From: Opitutales bacterium
GTDB taxonomy: Bacteria; Verrucomicrobiota; Verrucomicrobiia; Opitutales; PNEW01
Assembly: GCA_965197745.1 (NCBI GenBank)
Contig: CBDANS010000006.1
Span: 384,001 to 448,000 of the forward strand
Reading direction: 5' to 3'
DNA length: 64,000 bases
The notes under the pieces were generated by a model, which worked only from the letters and a program-made list of their open reading frames with translations, was not told the DNA's origin and made no database searches. The position numbers and the translations under genes were made by a program. Every line of letters begins with the position of its first letter. Positions within the stretch are counted from its first letter, which is position 1. Shown one piece after another: positions 39,077 through 50,195 of this stretch.

Positions 39077-40063
39077 TCAGCCTTTTACATTTTTCTTCTT
39101 AATTTTCTTCTTAACATTTTTAGCCACACTTAATTTCGTCTTTGGATAAAACGCCTGCCAGGCAAACCAGTAAGACAATACAGAGGGAATAACTTCTCCC
39201 GTTCCACCGTGTGTGACTACTGCCTTTTTATTTTCTGGATCATAATTGATGTAGATATCCACTCCTTTAACGGTGTCTTTTACCGTTGCTTTAGGTGGAA
39301 ATAATGCCAGTTCATATGCCGCAGGGTGCTCATCGACTTTTACTCCTAATACCCAGGTCTTCGGTGCCAGTTCCGTGCGGTATAGTGAAACATTAAACAT
39401 GACACCCTTAGACTTTGCGTAGCCGGCATACGGGTTCCTGAAATAAGGTCTATCATATCCTGTTTTTTTGGAGAGCACCTCGCCATCAGGATAACTCTTC
39501 TTCCATACCTCCCAAGTCATAAGCTCGCTGACCATCCAGGGAAGTTCCTCGCCAACCATGGGGCCGGTGACTGCCTTCATGCCAAGTTGCGACCAAAGAC
39601 TTTCCGTCTGGCGATCATACAATAGAACATCGCTTTCATAAAGCATACCCGAACCGCCAAAATCAAATAATCGTCCGTTAATAGTGCGTTTAAAAACCAT
39701 CGCTGTACCACAGAGCGGACAATAGGTTACGGTAAAATGATCCTCCCCTATCGAGTCATTAACTATTTCATGATGATTGAGAATTCGGATTGGATAGGCT
39801 CGGTATTTGCCATTGCTATTTACACTTACAACCAGATCTTCATCCTTAAGGTACTCCGCCTCTTCCGGCTTTATAAAAAGGGGGTTGTCAAGAGCGGGAA
39901 TGGCATCCCGTTTTGGCCCTCCTCCTTTAATCATCTTTACCGGGACTATAGCGTTACCAAGGTTAAATCCATTTCTTATCGGCTCGCCGTAAATAGGGAT
40001 TCCGGCTAGAATGCCATAAATCCAAAGTAACAAGAGTCCGCCTTGTATTCTTACTGTGCTCAC
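39077..40063 (-). CDS. DUF3179 domain exported protein
   Basis: GGPKRDAIPAL, AYPIRILNHHEIVND, YCPLCGT, YDRQTESLWSQ, YWFAW. Confidence 0.85.
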   Translation of the reverse strand: MSTVRIQGGLLLLWIYGILAGIPIYGEPIRNGFNLGNAIVPVKMIKGGGPKRDAIPALDNPLFIKPEEAEYLKDEDLVVSVNSNGKYRAYPIRILNHHEIVNDSIGEDHFTVTYCPLCGTAMVFKRTINGRLFDFGGSGMLYESDVLLYDRQTESLWSQLGMKAVTGPMVGEELPWMVSELMTWEVWKKSYPDGEVLSKKTGYDRPYFRNPYAGYAKSKGVMFNVSLYRTELAPKTWVLGVKVDEHPAAYELALFPPKATVKDTVKGVDIYINYDPENKKAVVTHGGTGEVIPSVLSYWFAWQAFYPKTKLSVAKNVKKKIKKKNVKG

Positions 40064-40362
40064 TTAATTGATTAGAGTGTGCCCTTTTTAATTTTATTTC
40101 CCGGAAACTTATTTTTTCTTTCAGCCAGTACCATCGATCCCCGGTCTGTCTTTTTCCCTAACAACATTAATTCATCCTGGAATCGGCTCGGGATTATTCT
40201 GACCACTATGAATACGACAATAAGAACATACCAGGTATTCATTAAGCCGGGAGTAACCCATTCACTTAATCCCAGCGCGAATTATCAAATAGGGAGAATA
40301 CGGACACAAATACCCCGGTTGCGGTTATCAATAGAGTGATGCTCACGCTAACGGATGGCAGG

Positions 40363-40490
40363 CGCGAGCCAGCGACCGCAGGGAACCCCATTGACCCGGG
40401 CTTACAGCGGTAAAATCAAGGTGGGAGGTAGGGAAATTAGGCGATTGGGTCAGGTTGAAACGCCACGGAGCCCTAAATCTGACGTTCTGC
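40363..40490 (+). repeat. Degenerate solitary attC-like imperfect inverted repeat
   Basis: CGCGAGC-CAGCGACCGC-AGGGAACCCC ... GGAGCCCT-AAATCTGAC-GTTCTGC with an internal TGACCC/GGGTCA stem; 128 bp; left core reads AGC instead of AAC. Confidence 0.4.
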
Positions 40491-40590
40491 TGCTATAGCC
40501 GCAAATGGCCAAAGCTGGGCAATTAATGCATTTAAACAGGTTTTTTTTCATATTTTTTGACAAAAACTATAAAACTTGCTTCTTTTGAAT

Positions 40591-40636
40591 AATAATGATT
40601 ATTAGTCTCAATTAATAATGAAATTAAATCTCAATA
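40591..40636. promoter_or_regulatory. Two abutting Fur-box-like operators upstream of the fur-suf operon
   Basis: AATAATGATTATTAGTCTCAATT and AATAATGAAATTAAATCTCAATA, each resembling AATGATAATnATTATCATT; TTGACA at 40557-40562 just upstream. Confidence 0.65.
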
Positions 40637-40694
40637 AGGTTTGATCCCAAGAATCGTTCCAAACATAATCCTGAGATTATAGCCCCAAAAAACG

Positions 40695-41147
40695 ATGAAA
40701 CTGAATAACGAAGCTAGAGAAGTGCTTTATAAAGCGCTGAGCCAATATGGACTGCGTTCCACGCGACAACGCGAACAGGTATACAGTGTATTGCTCGGCG
40801 AGCACGATCATCCCACCGCTGACGGCATCTATTCGCGAGCTAGAGAAGAGATGCCCAGCATATCACTGGCGACTGTCTATAATTGTCTGGACACACTTGT
40901 TGATTGCGGCCTTGCCCGCCAGGTTAATTTCGAGCGAGAGCCATCACGCTACTGCCCGATGGAAACAGATAATGAACATTATGCCCACTTTCACTGCACC
41001 AAAACCGGCAAGGTCTATGATATACATATCCCCTCGCCCGTGTTAAAGCTCCTGCAAAAGATTATGCCGGAGGGTTTTTCTGCGGACAAAGTAGAACTCT
41101 GTTTCCGCGGTACAGTTCCGCCAGACAGCGATTCCCCGGAGAACTGA
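40695..41147 (+). CDS. Fur-family transcriptional regulator
   Basis: TRQR, HPTAD, SLATVYNCL, HYAHFHC. Confidence 0.9.
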   Translation: MKLNNEAREVLYKALSQYGLRSTRQREQVYSVLLGEHDHPTADGIYSRAREEMPSISLATVYNCLDTLVDCGLARQVNFEREPSRYCPMETDNEHYAHFHCTKTGKVYDIHIPSPVLKLLQKIMPEGFSADKVELCFRGTVPPDSDSPEN

Positions 41148-41179
41148 CACCACGATTATAAGAATAAACGCATTTAGCT

Positions 41180-41938
41180 ATGGAATCCCTGGATATCAAA
41201 AACTTGAGCGTCGCAATCGCGGGTAAAAAGATCCTCGATAATTTTTCCTTAAATATACCTAAGGGAGAAGTGCACGCCCTCATGGGCCCTAACGGTTCAG
41301 GTAAGAGCACGCTGGCAAAAGCCCTGGCGGGGCATCCCGATTACTCCGTAGTCTCGGGCGAGGCCCTGGTCGATGGTAAAACTATCATCGGGAAAAGTCC
41401 GGACGAAATTGCACGCGAGGGAGTGTTCATGGCATTTCAGTATCCCAGTGAAATTTCCGGAGTGAGTATCGCTAACTTTATTCGCGCCGCGATTACGGCC
41501 CGTCTTGGGGATGGTGAAGAACTGCAAGCGACCCACTACTACCAGAACTTGTATGAAAAAATGGACCATTTAAAGATCGATCGCAAATTTACCTCGCGGT
41601 CTATTAATGAAGGGTTTTCAGGTGGCGAAAAAAAACGTTGTGAAGTGTTGCAAATGATGATGCTCGATCCGAAGTATGCGATTCTGGACGAAACGGACAG
41701 TGGCCTGGACATCGATGCACTCAGGGTGGTAGCTGAAGGCGTAAATAGTATGCGGTGTCCAAATATAGGGGTCTTGGTTATCACCCACTACCAGCGGCTC
41801 CTCGACTATATCATCCCCGACCGGGTGCATGTGCTTTACGACGGACACATTGTCCGCAGCGGCGATAAAGCATTAGCTTTAGAGCTGGATGAAAAAGGGT
41901 ATGACTGGGTAAAAAAAGAACTGGCCGCCACTGCTTAG
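41180..41938 (+). CDS. sufC: Fe-S assembly ATPase
   Basis: [37 protein letters not shown]. Confidence 0.97.
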   Translation: MESLDIKNLSVAIAGKKILDNFSLNIPKGEVHALMGPNGSGKSTLAKALAGHPDYSVVSGEALVDGKTIIGKSPDEIAREGVFMAFQYPSEISGVSIANFIRAAITARLGDGEELQATHYYQNLYEKMDHLKIDRKFTSRSINEGFSGGEKKRCEVLQMMMLDPKYAILDETDSGLDIDALRVVAEGVNSMRCPNIGVLVITHYQRLLDYIIPDRVHVLYDGHIVRSGDKALALELDEKGYDWVKKELAATA

Positions 41939-41989
41939 GTGACGAAAAGGGAAATAAAAATAAACAATTATAAAAACATTTAAAATCTC

Positions 41990-43396
41990 ATGGCAGCGAC
42001 ATCAACCATAGATATTGATAGAGATAAGGGGAACTTTCATTACGATACGCAGTACGAATACGATGCGGGCATCGGTCTTAATGAGGACACGGTGCGCTAT
42101 ATTTCCGAAGTCAAGGGTGAAGACGAATGGGTGCGTGATTTTCGTATGAAGGCGTTAAAAATATATGGAAGCAAACCATTGCCTACCCACTGGGCTTCCG
42201 AGGATCTGGAGAACATTGATTTTAAAAAGATTCGATATTACCTGGCCAAAGGACAGCAGCCCAGTCGATCCTGGGATGAAGTTCCCGACGACGTTAAAGA
42301 GACCTTTGAACGCCTGGGGATTCCGGAACAGGAACGGAAGTACCTCGCTGGCGTGGAGGCGCAGTTTGACAGCGAAGCCGCCTACTCAAACACCAAGGAG
42401 CAACTGTCTAAAGAGGGTGTTCTTTTTATCGGGTCCACAGAGGGGTTAAAGGAACACCCGGAAATTTTCCGAAAATGGTTTGGGAAAATTATACCCTCCG
42501 GCGACAACAAGTTCAGCGCACTCAACAGCGCCGTCTTCAGCGGCGGCAGTTTTATTTATGTGCCACCCGGGGTGAAAGTTCGGCAACCCTTACAAGCCTA
42601 TTTCCGAATAAATGCCGAGAACTTCGGCCAATTTGAACGCACCCTGATCATTGCCGATGAGGGAGCCGAAGTCACCTATATGGAGGGTTGCACAGCGCCA
42701 AAATTCGAGACCACCACGCTGCATAGTGCGGTTGTCGAACTGGTCGCGCTGAAAGGGGCGAAAATTCAGTACATTACTGTGCAGAACTGGTCTAATAATG
42801 TTTTCAACCTTGTAACCAAGCGCGGCATGGCGATGGAAGAAGCCGAAATCAAATGGATCGATTGCAACATCGGCAGCCGTCTTACGATGAAGTATCCCTC
42901 GGTTATCCTCAAAGGAGAAAAAAGCCGAGGCGAGGTGCTTTCCATCGCTCTGGCTAATAACGGACAACACCAGGATACTGGGGCAAAGATGATTCATGCC
43001 GCTAACGAAACATCGTCCAACATTATCGCCAAGAGTATCAGCGTGGGGAAAGGGCGCTCCTCTTATCGGGGGTTGGTCAGTATACCCAAGCACCTGAAAA
43101 ATTGTAAGAACAACACCGAATGTGACGCCCTGCTCATCAACAGCAATAGCCGCACCGATACTTACCCCGCGATTTCAGTCCGGGGAGATGGCAATTCAGT
43201 GCAGCATGAAGCCAGCGTCTCCAAGGTGAGTGCCGAACAGATATTTTATATGATGCAACGCGGTTTGACTGAAGGTGAAGCGATGAGCCTCAGTGTTAAC
43301 GGCTTTGTCAACGATCTTATCCGTCAGTTCCCGATGGAATACAGCGTGGAACTCAAGCGCCTCATTGATATGGAAATGGAAGGGTCGGTCGGATAA
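41990..43396 (+). CDS. sufB: Fe-S assembly protein
   Basis: [47 protein letters not shown]. Confidence 0.97.
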   Translation: MAATSTIDIDRDKGNFHYDTQYEYDAGIGLNEDTVRYISEVKGEDEWVRDFRMKALKIYGSKPLPTHWASEDLENIDFKKIRYYLAKGQQPSRSWDEVPDDVKETFERLGIPEQERKYLAGVEAQFDSEAAYSNTKEQLSKEGVLFIGSTEGLKEHPEIFRKWFGKIIPSGDNKFSALNSAVFSGGSFIYVPPGVKVRQPLQAYFRINAENFGQFERTLIIADEGAEVTYMEGCTAPKFETTTLHSAVVELVALKGAKIQYITVQNWSNNVFNLVTKRGMAMEEAEIKWIDCNIGSRLTMKYPSVILKGEKSRGEVLSIALANNGQHQDTGAKMIHAANETSSNIIAKSISVGKGRSSYRGLVSIPKHLKNCKNNTECDALLINSNSRTDTYPAISVRGDGNSVQHEASVSKVSAEQIFYMMQRGLTEGEAMSLSVNGFVNDLIRQFPMEYSVELKRLIDMEMEGSVG

Positions 43397-43459
43397 ACCT
43401 GTCGGAGACAGGATGTGAACCGCAGAATTTAAAACGTTAAAAGATAAAGGCAGGGATAC

Positions 43460-44809
43460 ATGCTTGAGGCCAGATCAGCCGATCTCGCAAGACTTAGAGA
43501 TAATTCCAGCGAGGTGACCGACAAAGAAACTTTCACCCATCATCTGGAAGGAATAAATGGTGTGCCAGAATGGCTACTGGATCTTAAGCGTGCTGCGTGG
43601 GACAAGTTTGTCGCTACACCCATGCCAAAACGAACCGAGGATACCTGGCGCTTTTCTAAGATTCGGGGGCTCAATCTGGATAATTTTCATCGGCAGAGTG
43701 ATGATCTATCGATTAAAGAAGAAACGCTGCTGGAACAATCCAGTCAACTCAGCTCAGTTTCGGGCAAAATCATCTTTGCCGATGACCGTCAGTGTGGAAG
43801 TGTGGATTACGATCAGGAATTACACGAAAAAGGGGTGATCTGGACAACCCTGGAGGATGCCTTTCTCAATCACCGTGATCTTGTCAAAAAATATTTTACT
43901 GCCGATTTGCCAAATCTTGGCGCGGAAAAATTTGGCGCTTTACATTATGCGCTTTCTACCAGCGGTTCTTTTCTCTACATTCCACAGGGTGTTGAGATCG
44001 AAATCCCTTTTGCCACCTATAATTGGATCTCTACCGACAGTATGGCCGTATTCCCCCACACTATTGTTATTGCCGATGATAATGCCAAGGTAAGTCTCGT
44101 AAATTTCTTTAACAGTGTGAAGCCGGACCACCGTAACCTGGCCATATCCTGTTCCAATATTTATGCCGGACCAGGGAGTCACATTTCTTACATGGCGGTT
44201 CAAGATTGGAACCTGAAGACCCAAAGCTATCATCTCAATACCGCTAATGCTGAACGTGACGCCGAAATTAAAAGTATTAATATTAATTTAGGATCTTCCT
44301 ATATGCGCCACGAGCATCACACCCGGATGCTTGGTTCCGGCAGTAAGGTTGATACTTATTCTCTGAGTGTCGCCACTGGTAAACAGGAGTTTGATCAGCG
44401 CAGCTTGCAAACGCATTCCGCGCCCCATGCCGTTTCCGATCTTCTTTTTAAAAACACCCTTTTTAATCAATCGCGCACCATCTTTTCCGGACTTATTCGC
44501 GTCGATGAAAATGCCCAGAAAACGGACGCCTATCAGACTAATCGCAACCTCCTTCTCAGCGATACCGCCGAAGCCAACTCGCTGCCCGGTCTTGAAATCC
44601 TGGCAGACGATGTCAAGTGCAGTCACGGTGCGACGACCGGCCGCCTTGATCGGAATCAGTTATTCTATATGCTTTCACGCGGAATATCCGAACGCATAGC
44701 ACAACAACTTATGGTATTCGGTTTTTTCGAAGAGATTATTGATAAGATTGATAACCGGGAACTGGCTGATAATATTCGTACTATCATACGCGGCAAACTC
44801 CACGATTAA
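43460..44809 (+). CDS. sufD: Fe-S assembly protein
   Basis: PGLEILADDVKCSHGAT, FYMLSRGI; follows sufB. Confidence 0.94.
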   Translation: MLEARSADLARLRDNSSEVTDKETFTHHLEGINGVPEWLLDLKRAAWDKFVATPMPKRTEDTWRFSKIRGLNLDNFHRQSDDLSIKEETLLEQSSQLSSVSGKIIFADDRQCGSVDYDQELHEKGVIWTTLEDAFLNHRDLVKKYFTADLPNLGAEKFGALHYALSTSGSFLYIPQGVEIEIPFATYNWISTDSMAVFPHTIVIADDNAKVSLVNFFNSVKPDHRNLAISCSNIYAGPGSHISYMAVQDWNLKTQSYHLNTANAERDAEIKSININLGSSYMRHEHHTRMLGSGSKVDTYSLSVATGKQEFDQRSLQTHSAPHAVSDLLFKNTLFNQSRTIFSGLIRVDENAQKTDAYQTNRNLLLSDTAEANSLPGLEILADDVKCSHGATTGRLDRNQLFYMLSRGISERIAQQLMVFGFFEEIIDKIDNRELADNIRTIIRGKLHD

Positions 44810-44836
44810 TCAGCTGTTGTCCAAGCGGTCATCACC

Positions 44837-45391
44837 ATGCCTAGAGAAGAAGAAAGAATACTATCCCGCGATTGTCAGGCTACCGTTGTACCCTCTGGAG
44901 AATCAGTAACTATACCTGAAGGGAGCAAGGTAAACATCACTCACCAGCTCGGCGGTAACTTTACCGTAGTCTGGGACTATGGAATGGCCCGAATTGAGAG
45001 TGCCAATGCTGACGCTCTCGGGGAAGAAGTTAAAACGGCACCCACTGTACCCTGTGCTTCCGAGGCGCACCAGGGTGCGCCGGATGAAGCGGCAATCTGG
45101 GACCAGTTAAAAACCGTTTTTGATCCGGAAATTCCAGTCAATATCGTCGATCTCGGGCTGGTCTATTCTATGACTGTTAAGGAAGAAGAGGACGACACTT
45201 ATAATGTTGATGTAACGATGACCCTCACCGCGCCGGGATGCGGGATGGGACCGGTGATTGCCGAAGACGCAAAAAGCAAAATGATTGAAGTACCCGGGGT
45301 GAGTGAAGCGCGTGTTGAACTGGTTTGGGATCCGCCCTGGAACCAGGATATGATCAGCGAAGCGGGTAAGATGGAACTCGGGCTGATCTGA
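44837..45391 (+). CDS. sufT: Fe-S assembly protein SufT (DUF59)
   Basis: DPEIPVNIVDLGLVY, TLTAPGCGMG, WDPPW; N-terminal ITHQLGGNFTV domain. Confidence 0.9.
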   Translation: MPREEERILSRDCQATVVPSGESVTIPEGSKVNITHQLGGNFTVVWDYGMARIESANADALGEEVKTAPTVPCASEAHQGAPDEAAIWDQLKTVFDPEIPVNIVDLGLVYSMTVKEEEDDTYNVDVTMTLTAPGCGMGPVIAEDAKSKMIEVPGVSEARVELVWDPPWNQDMISEAGKMELGLI

Positions 45392-45443
45392 TATATTCTC
45401 ACCCGTGCTCGCAATCGCCCGTATTTCGGTAACCGTCGAAAAC

Positions 45444-46808
45444 TTAGCTGCGGTTATCAACTCGCTCGCGTGTATCCCAGGGATGGGGAGGGTGTTTTTC
45501 CCGCTGTGCATCCAGATTCCGATCAGATGGCTCTCCAACAATCGCCTCCTCCGGCGCAGGCACCGCTCCTTTAAGTAATGGATCAATCGTCTTTCGCATC
45601 CACTGATCGAGGCGCTCCCGCAATTCCTCGAGGACTTCGGCATATCCCTGATCGCCGACTAGGTTATTCACTTCATTAGGATCGATGACGAGATCGTACA
45701 ATCCCTCCATCGCCAATGATCGATCCTCCCATCCGTGCTTAAGTAAAAAGTCTCGGGATAAACCAGAATCTACATTAATGACATATTTTTTGGAGTATTC
45801 TCTGAAATGACGTATGTATTTCCACCTTGTAGTTCTCATAGAACGCATCGGCTGATAACCGGCGTGGTAGTTGATTTCGGCAAAAATTTCTTTATTAATT
45901 TCATCTTTTTCATTTCGTATGAGTGGCTTCAATGAATGCCCTTCCAGCCATGCGGGAACTTCAATAGCAAGCAAATCGCAAAGGGTCGGGTAAATGTCGA
46001 TCTGCGAGACGAGCGCATCACACACTTTTCCACCTTGAAATCCCCCGGGTCCCCGCATTATCAGCATGACCCCCGTACCCTGGTCATTGAGATTGCACTT
46101 CATGTTAGGAAATGCCAATCCGTGATCAGTAGTGCAAATAACCAGGGTGTTCTCTGCCAGTCCGCAATCGTCGAGGGATTTAAGGATGGCACCTATGATT
46201 TCGTCGAGGATTCTCGCGCTCGCTTTATACGCGGCCATATCTTCCCGGGTCTCACGGGTGTCAGGAAGCGGGAACGGAGGTATACAATAAAATGGATTTT
46301 CTGCGGGACCCGGGGAGGGAAATACCCGGTGTGTTTCGGAATAGCCTACGGTCAGGAAGAACGGCTGAGAGGGCGTGTTTTTTAGAAAATCCAGAACATT
46401 ATTGGTTGTATCCGAAGATATATTCAACGATGGGTATAATGAAGCTCGCTTAGCCTCAACAATCCGATCGTATCCCAGCAAATTGGGATCAAGGTGGAGA
46501 TGTTGAACACCATATAATGCGGTATAATAATTATTGCGTCTAAGGGTATGAGCCAAGTGCTTATCCGTATCGCGTAAATAGAAGCCGAGATTCGCTAGAC
46601 CTAATTGACCGCAGCTGTGAGGGCATTGGCCCGTGAGCAGCGCAGCCCGGCTCGGAGAACATGTCGGGGCCGCACAATGTGCCTGCCTGAATACGACGCC
46701 CTCTTGTGCCAGGCGTTGAATATTTGGCGTGGGAACGGCGTAGCCGTAGGGCTGAACATAGCGCCCGGTATCATGCGAGTGTAAATATAAAATGTTCGGG
46801 CGATTCAT
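45444..46808 (-). CDS. Cys-type (formylglycine-dependent) sulfatase, no signal peptide
   Basis: PNILYLHSHD, CSPSRAALLTG, TTDHG; ATG 46808. Confidence 0.92.
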   Translation of the reverse strand: MNRPNILYLHSHDTGRYVQPYGYAVPTPNIQRLAQEGVVFRQAHCAAPTCSPSRAALLTGQCPHSCGQLGLANLGFYLRDTDKHLAHTLRRNNYYTALYGVQHLHLDPNLLGYDRIVEAKRASLYPSLNISSDTTNNVLDFLKNTPSQPFFLTVGYSETHRVFPSPGPAENPFYCIPPFPLPDTRETREDMAAYKASARILDEIIGAILKSLDDCGLAENTLVICTTDHGLAFPNMKCNLNDQGTGVMLIMRGPGGFQGGKVCDALVSQIDIYPTLCDLLAIEVPAWLEGHSLKPLIRNEKDEINKEIFAEINYHAGYQPMRSMRTTRWKYIRHFREYSKKYVINVDSGLSRDFLLKHGWEDRSLAMEGLYDLVIDPNEVNNLVGDQGYAEVLEELRERLDQWMRKTIDPLLKGAVPAPEEAIVGEPSDRNLDAQREKHPPHPWDTRERVDNRS

Positions 46809-46844
46809 TTTAAAATTCTTAGTCAATAAAGATACTACTAAGAA

Positions 46845-47996
46845 TCAAGATATACTTTGAAGAGAAACCGCGACGCCCATGCCTCCGCCTACGCAGAGTG
46901 AGGCCAGACCCTTTTGCGTTTTACCCGCATGAATACGATGAGCGATGTGGGTGGCAAGGCGGGCTCCACTCGCTCCGACCGGATGGCCGAGAGCGATAGC
47001 TCCCCCATCCTGGTTCACTTTATCCCGGTCCAGTTTTAATTCATTGAGGCAGGCCAGAGTCTGAACCGCGAAAGCTTCATTAATTTCTACGGTGTCAAAA
47101 TTATCAACTTCACACCCGTATTGTTCACACAATTTTCTCGTGGCGTAAACCGGCCCAAGCCCCATGTATTTTGGGTCGCATCCAACAGAAGCCCAGGTGC
47201 CTAATTCAGCGAGGGGTTCCCAGTTATGATCACGCAACGCCTTTTCACCGCACACTACCAGCATCGCCGCTCCGTCATTAATTCCTGAGGAGTTGCCCGC
47301 CGTAACACTTCCCTTTTTATCAAAGACGGGCTTCAGGGTAGCGAGCTGCTCCAGGGTTGTCTCCGGTCGTGGGTGTTCATCCTTGTCGAGTCCATCCACA
47401 GTTATTATCTCTTCAGCATAATGACCCGCGCTCACGGCATCGGCGTATCGCCTCTGACTGATTTCAGCAAATGTATCCTGTTCTTTACGGCTGATTTTAT
47501 ACTCATTAGCAAGACGTTCAGCAGTCGTTCCCATGTGTTGATGATCAAAGCTGTCAACCAGTCCGTCGCGCAAGATGGAGTCAATTACCGCTCCATCACC
47601 TAATTTGTAACCTTGACGCGCGCGCTCAAGCAGGTAGGGCGCATTCGACATCGATTCGGTTCCACCGCACAAAACAACAAATGCCTCTTCTGCCTTGATC
47701 GCTTGAGCAGCCAGAATTATCGACCAGAGTCCTGATGCACACATCATGTTTACCGTATATGCCGGTCGATCAAGAGGGACTCCCACCTTGACACCGATCT
47801 GACGGGCAATGTTCATCCCCTGCCCCGCGCTCAGAATATTACCGATGATAACCCCATCAATCACCGTTGGATCGATTTCAGCGAGCGCTTTATTTCCGGC
47901 AGCAACCGCGAGATCTACCGCTGAGTGAGAAGATAGTTTACCGAGAAAACGACCCTGCGGCGTACGTTTTGCGGCGATAATGAAATAACGACTCAT
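46845..47996 (-). CDS. Acetyl-CoA C-acyltransferase (thiolase)
   Basis: [24 protein letters not shown]. Confidence 0.94.
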   Translation of the reverse strand: MSRYFIIAAKRTPQGRFLGKLSSHSAVDLAVAAGNKALAEIDPTVIDGVIIGNILSAGQGMNIARQIGVKVGVPLDRPAYTVNMMCASGLWSIILAAQAIKAEEAFVVLCGGTESMSNAPYLLERARQGYKLGDGAVIDSILRDGLVDSFDHQHMGTTAERLANEYKISRKEQDTFAEISQRRYADAVSAGHYAEEIITVDGLDKDEHPRPETTLEQLATLKPVFDKKGSVTAGNSSGINDGAAMLVVCGEKALRDHNWEPLAELGTWASVGCDPKYMGLGPVYATRKLCEQYGCEVDNFDTVEINEAFAVQTLACLNELKLDRDKVNQDGGAIALGHPVGASGARLATHIAHRIHAGKTQKGLASLCVGGGMGVAVSLQSIS

Positions 47997-48039
47997 AACC
48001 TGAAGTCACTCTATCAAAAAATGTTTTTACTGCTCCCGC

Positions 48040-48987
48040 TTACCCTCTCAGTGTTCCCGCTAATTGATCGTTAAGAAAATCCTGGTAGGTTTTCTCGAGA
48101 CCCACTTCCAGTGATATTCCCGGCTTCCAGCCCGTGGCAATGATACGCCCGACATCAAGCAACTTGCGCGGCGTGCCGTCGGGTTTACCCGTGTCAAATT
48201 TTATCTCACCGGTGTAACCAATTACTCTTTTTACTAACTGTGCCAATTCCTCAATTGTTACATCCACACCCGTGCCAATATTAATCCAATCCGGTGGATC
48301 ACTGAGCTGCAGCATATGTATCACCCCACTCGCCAGGTCCTCGACATGGAGAAATTCTCGGCGCACCTTGCCGGTCCCCCAAATTGTCATCTCCGCCATC
48401 CCTTTCTCTTTAGCCTCGTGAAAACGTCGTATAAGCGCGGGGATAACATGGCTGTTTTCCAGGTGATAATTGTCACCCGGTCCATATAAATTAGTGGGCA
48501 TAGCCGAGTGAAAGAGAACCCCGTATTGCTTTCGGTAATATTGGCAGAGCTTGAGGCCAGCAATTTTAGCAATAGAGTAGGCTTCATTAGTGGCTTCCAG
48601 GGGACTGGAAAGAAGGGAGTCTTCAGACATCGGTTGCGACGAGCCGCGCGGATAAATGCAGGAACTTCCGAGATAAAGAAGCCGTTTAACCCCGTGACGG
48701 TAAGCAGCGTGAATGGTATTCAGGGCGATAGCCAGATTTTCGTAAATAAATTCCGCGGGGTAGGTGTGATTTGCGAGGATGCCCCCCACTTTAGCAGCGG
48801 CAACAATTACTATCTCGGGTTTTTCATTCTGAAAAAAAGCATCTACGGCAGAACCATCGCAAAGGTCGAGCTCCTGGTGTGTTCGCAATACGAGCTTGTC
48901 GAAGCTATTTTCGTGCATCAGCCTTATGATCGCGGAGCCCACCATACCCTGATGCCCCGAGACATATATTTTATCCATCGACTGCAT
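48040..48987 (-). CDS. fcl: GDP-L-fucose synthase
   Basis: [42 protein letters not shown]. Confidence 0.96.
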   Translation of the reverse strand: MQSMDKIYVSGHQGMVGSAIIRLMHENSFDKLVLRTHQELDLCDGSAVDAFFQNEKPEIVIVAAAKVGGILANHTYPAEFIYENLAIALNTIHAAYRHGVKRLLYLGSSCIYPRGSSQPMSEDSLLSSPLEATNEAYSIAKIAGLKLCQYYRKQYGVLFHSAMPTNLYGPGDNYHLENSHVIPALIRRFHEAKEKGMAEMTIWGTGKVRREFLHVEDLASGVIHMLQLSDPPDWINIGTGVDVTIEELAQLVKRVIGYTGEIKFDTGKPDGTPRKLLDVGRIIATGWKPGISLEVGLEKTYQDFLNDQLAGTLRG

Positions 48988-48992
48988 TTAGA

Positions 48993-50018
48993 CTAAGCTT
49001 TATCTTTACTCACAGCATCCTGGTATTTTTTTTCATTTTCAGCCGCTTCCAAATCCGCTTCTACCATGATTTTAACAAGCTCTTTGAATTTTACTTTTGG
49101 CTCCCACTCGAGCTGCTTTTTAGCCTTGATCGGGTTCCCTTTTAAGAGGTTTACCTCGGCTGGCCGTTCATAGCGATCATCATAGTTAACATATTCCTTC
49201 CAATCCAAATCCACAAGGGAAAATGCCTCTTCGCAAAAATCCTTTACACTGTGTGTTTCATTTGTCGCGATGACATAATCATCGGAATTTTCCTGTTGTA
49301 GCATAATCCACATCGCTTCAACAAACTCCGGCGCATAGCCCCAGTCGCGCTGAGCGTCAAGGTTGCCGAGGAAAAGACTGTCCTGTAACCCTATTTTGAT
49401 TCGCGCCACCGCTTGTGTTATTTTTCGCGTGACAAATGTTTCACCCCGCCGGGGGGATTCATGATTAAAAAGAATGCCGTTGTTGGCATGCAGACTGTAA
49501 GATTCACGGTAATTGACGGTAAGCCAAAAAGCGTAAACCTTGGCGCAACCATAAGGGGAACGGGGGTGGAACGGGGTTGTTTCCGTCTGTGGCACTTCCT
49601 GGACTTCACCAAACATTTCGGAGGAGGATGCCTGGTAGAAACGGACGCGCCGCTCGAGTCCGGCTTCGCGAACCGCTTCAAGAATTCTCACGGTACTTAA
49701 ACCGGAAACATCTCCCGTATACTCAGGCATATCAAAAGACACGCGCACATGGCTCTGGGCTCCGAGATTATAAATTTCCTCGGGTTTAAGTTCATAGATG
49801 AGTTTTACCATACGGACCGAGTCGGCTAAATCACCATAGTGGAGAAAAAGACGCGTGCCAATGACATGCGGGTCGCGGTAAAGGTGGTCGATACGGTCGG
49901 TATTAAAGGTAGAAGCCCGGCGAATAATACCGTGTACTTCATATCCTTTTGCGAGAAGATATTCCGCCAGATAGGAACCGTCCTGACCTGTTATTCCAGT
50001 TATTAGAGCACGTGTCAT
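48993..50018 (-). CDS. gmd: GDP-mannose 4,6-dehydratase
   Basis: [46 protein letters not shown]. Confidence 0.97.
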   Translation of the reverse strand: MTRALITGITGQDGSYLAEYLLAKGYEVHGIIRRASTFNTDRIDHLYRDPHVIGTRLFLHYGDLADSVRMVKLIYELKPEEIYNLGAQSHVRVSFDMPEYTGDVSGLSTVRILEAVREAGLERRVRFYQASSSEMFGEVQEVPQTETTPFHPRSPYGCAKVYAFWLTVNYRESYSLHANNGILFNHESPRRGETFVTRKITQAVARIKIGLQDSLFLGNLDAQRDWGYAPEFVEAMWIMLQQENSDDYVIATNETHSVKDFCEEAFSLVDLDWKEYVNYDDRYERPAEVNLLKGNPIKAKKQLEWEPKVKFKELVKIMVEADLEAAENEKKYQDAVSKDKA

Positions 50019-50195
50019 AGAGAATATATTTACAGTGTATTGTCCTTTTAAAAGTAAACTGCTAACTGTGTAATATCTGCTTCATCCTGACAACTTATTT
50101 GTTTCCCGTGATTCTACTCAGGTGAAGGGACAAGAAACCGATTTCCATTACCTAACTTGACCTGTGCTGAAAACAATCATGAAGCAGTTTCAATA

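Noticed and set aside
40079..40339. 86-aa ORF as a real gene
   Set aside because: No RBS or recognisable motifs; kept only as context for the attC-like element.
40447..40475. GGTCAGGT as a possible SRP (4.5S) RNA core
   Set aside because: The required CCGGAAGGAAGCAGCC-type continuation is missing.
42590..43093. 167-aa minus-strand ORF
   Set aside because: Entirely antisense to conserved sufB.
45107..45643. 178-aa minus-strand ORF
   Set aside because: Overlaps the sulfatase 3' end out of frame and sufT antisense; no motifs.
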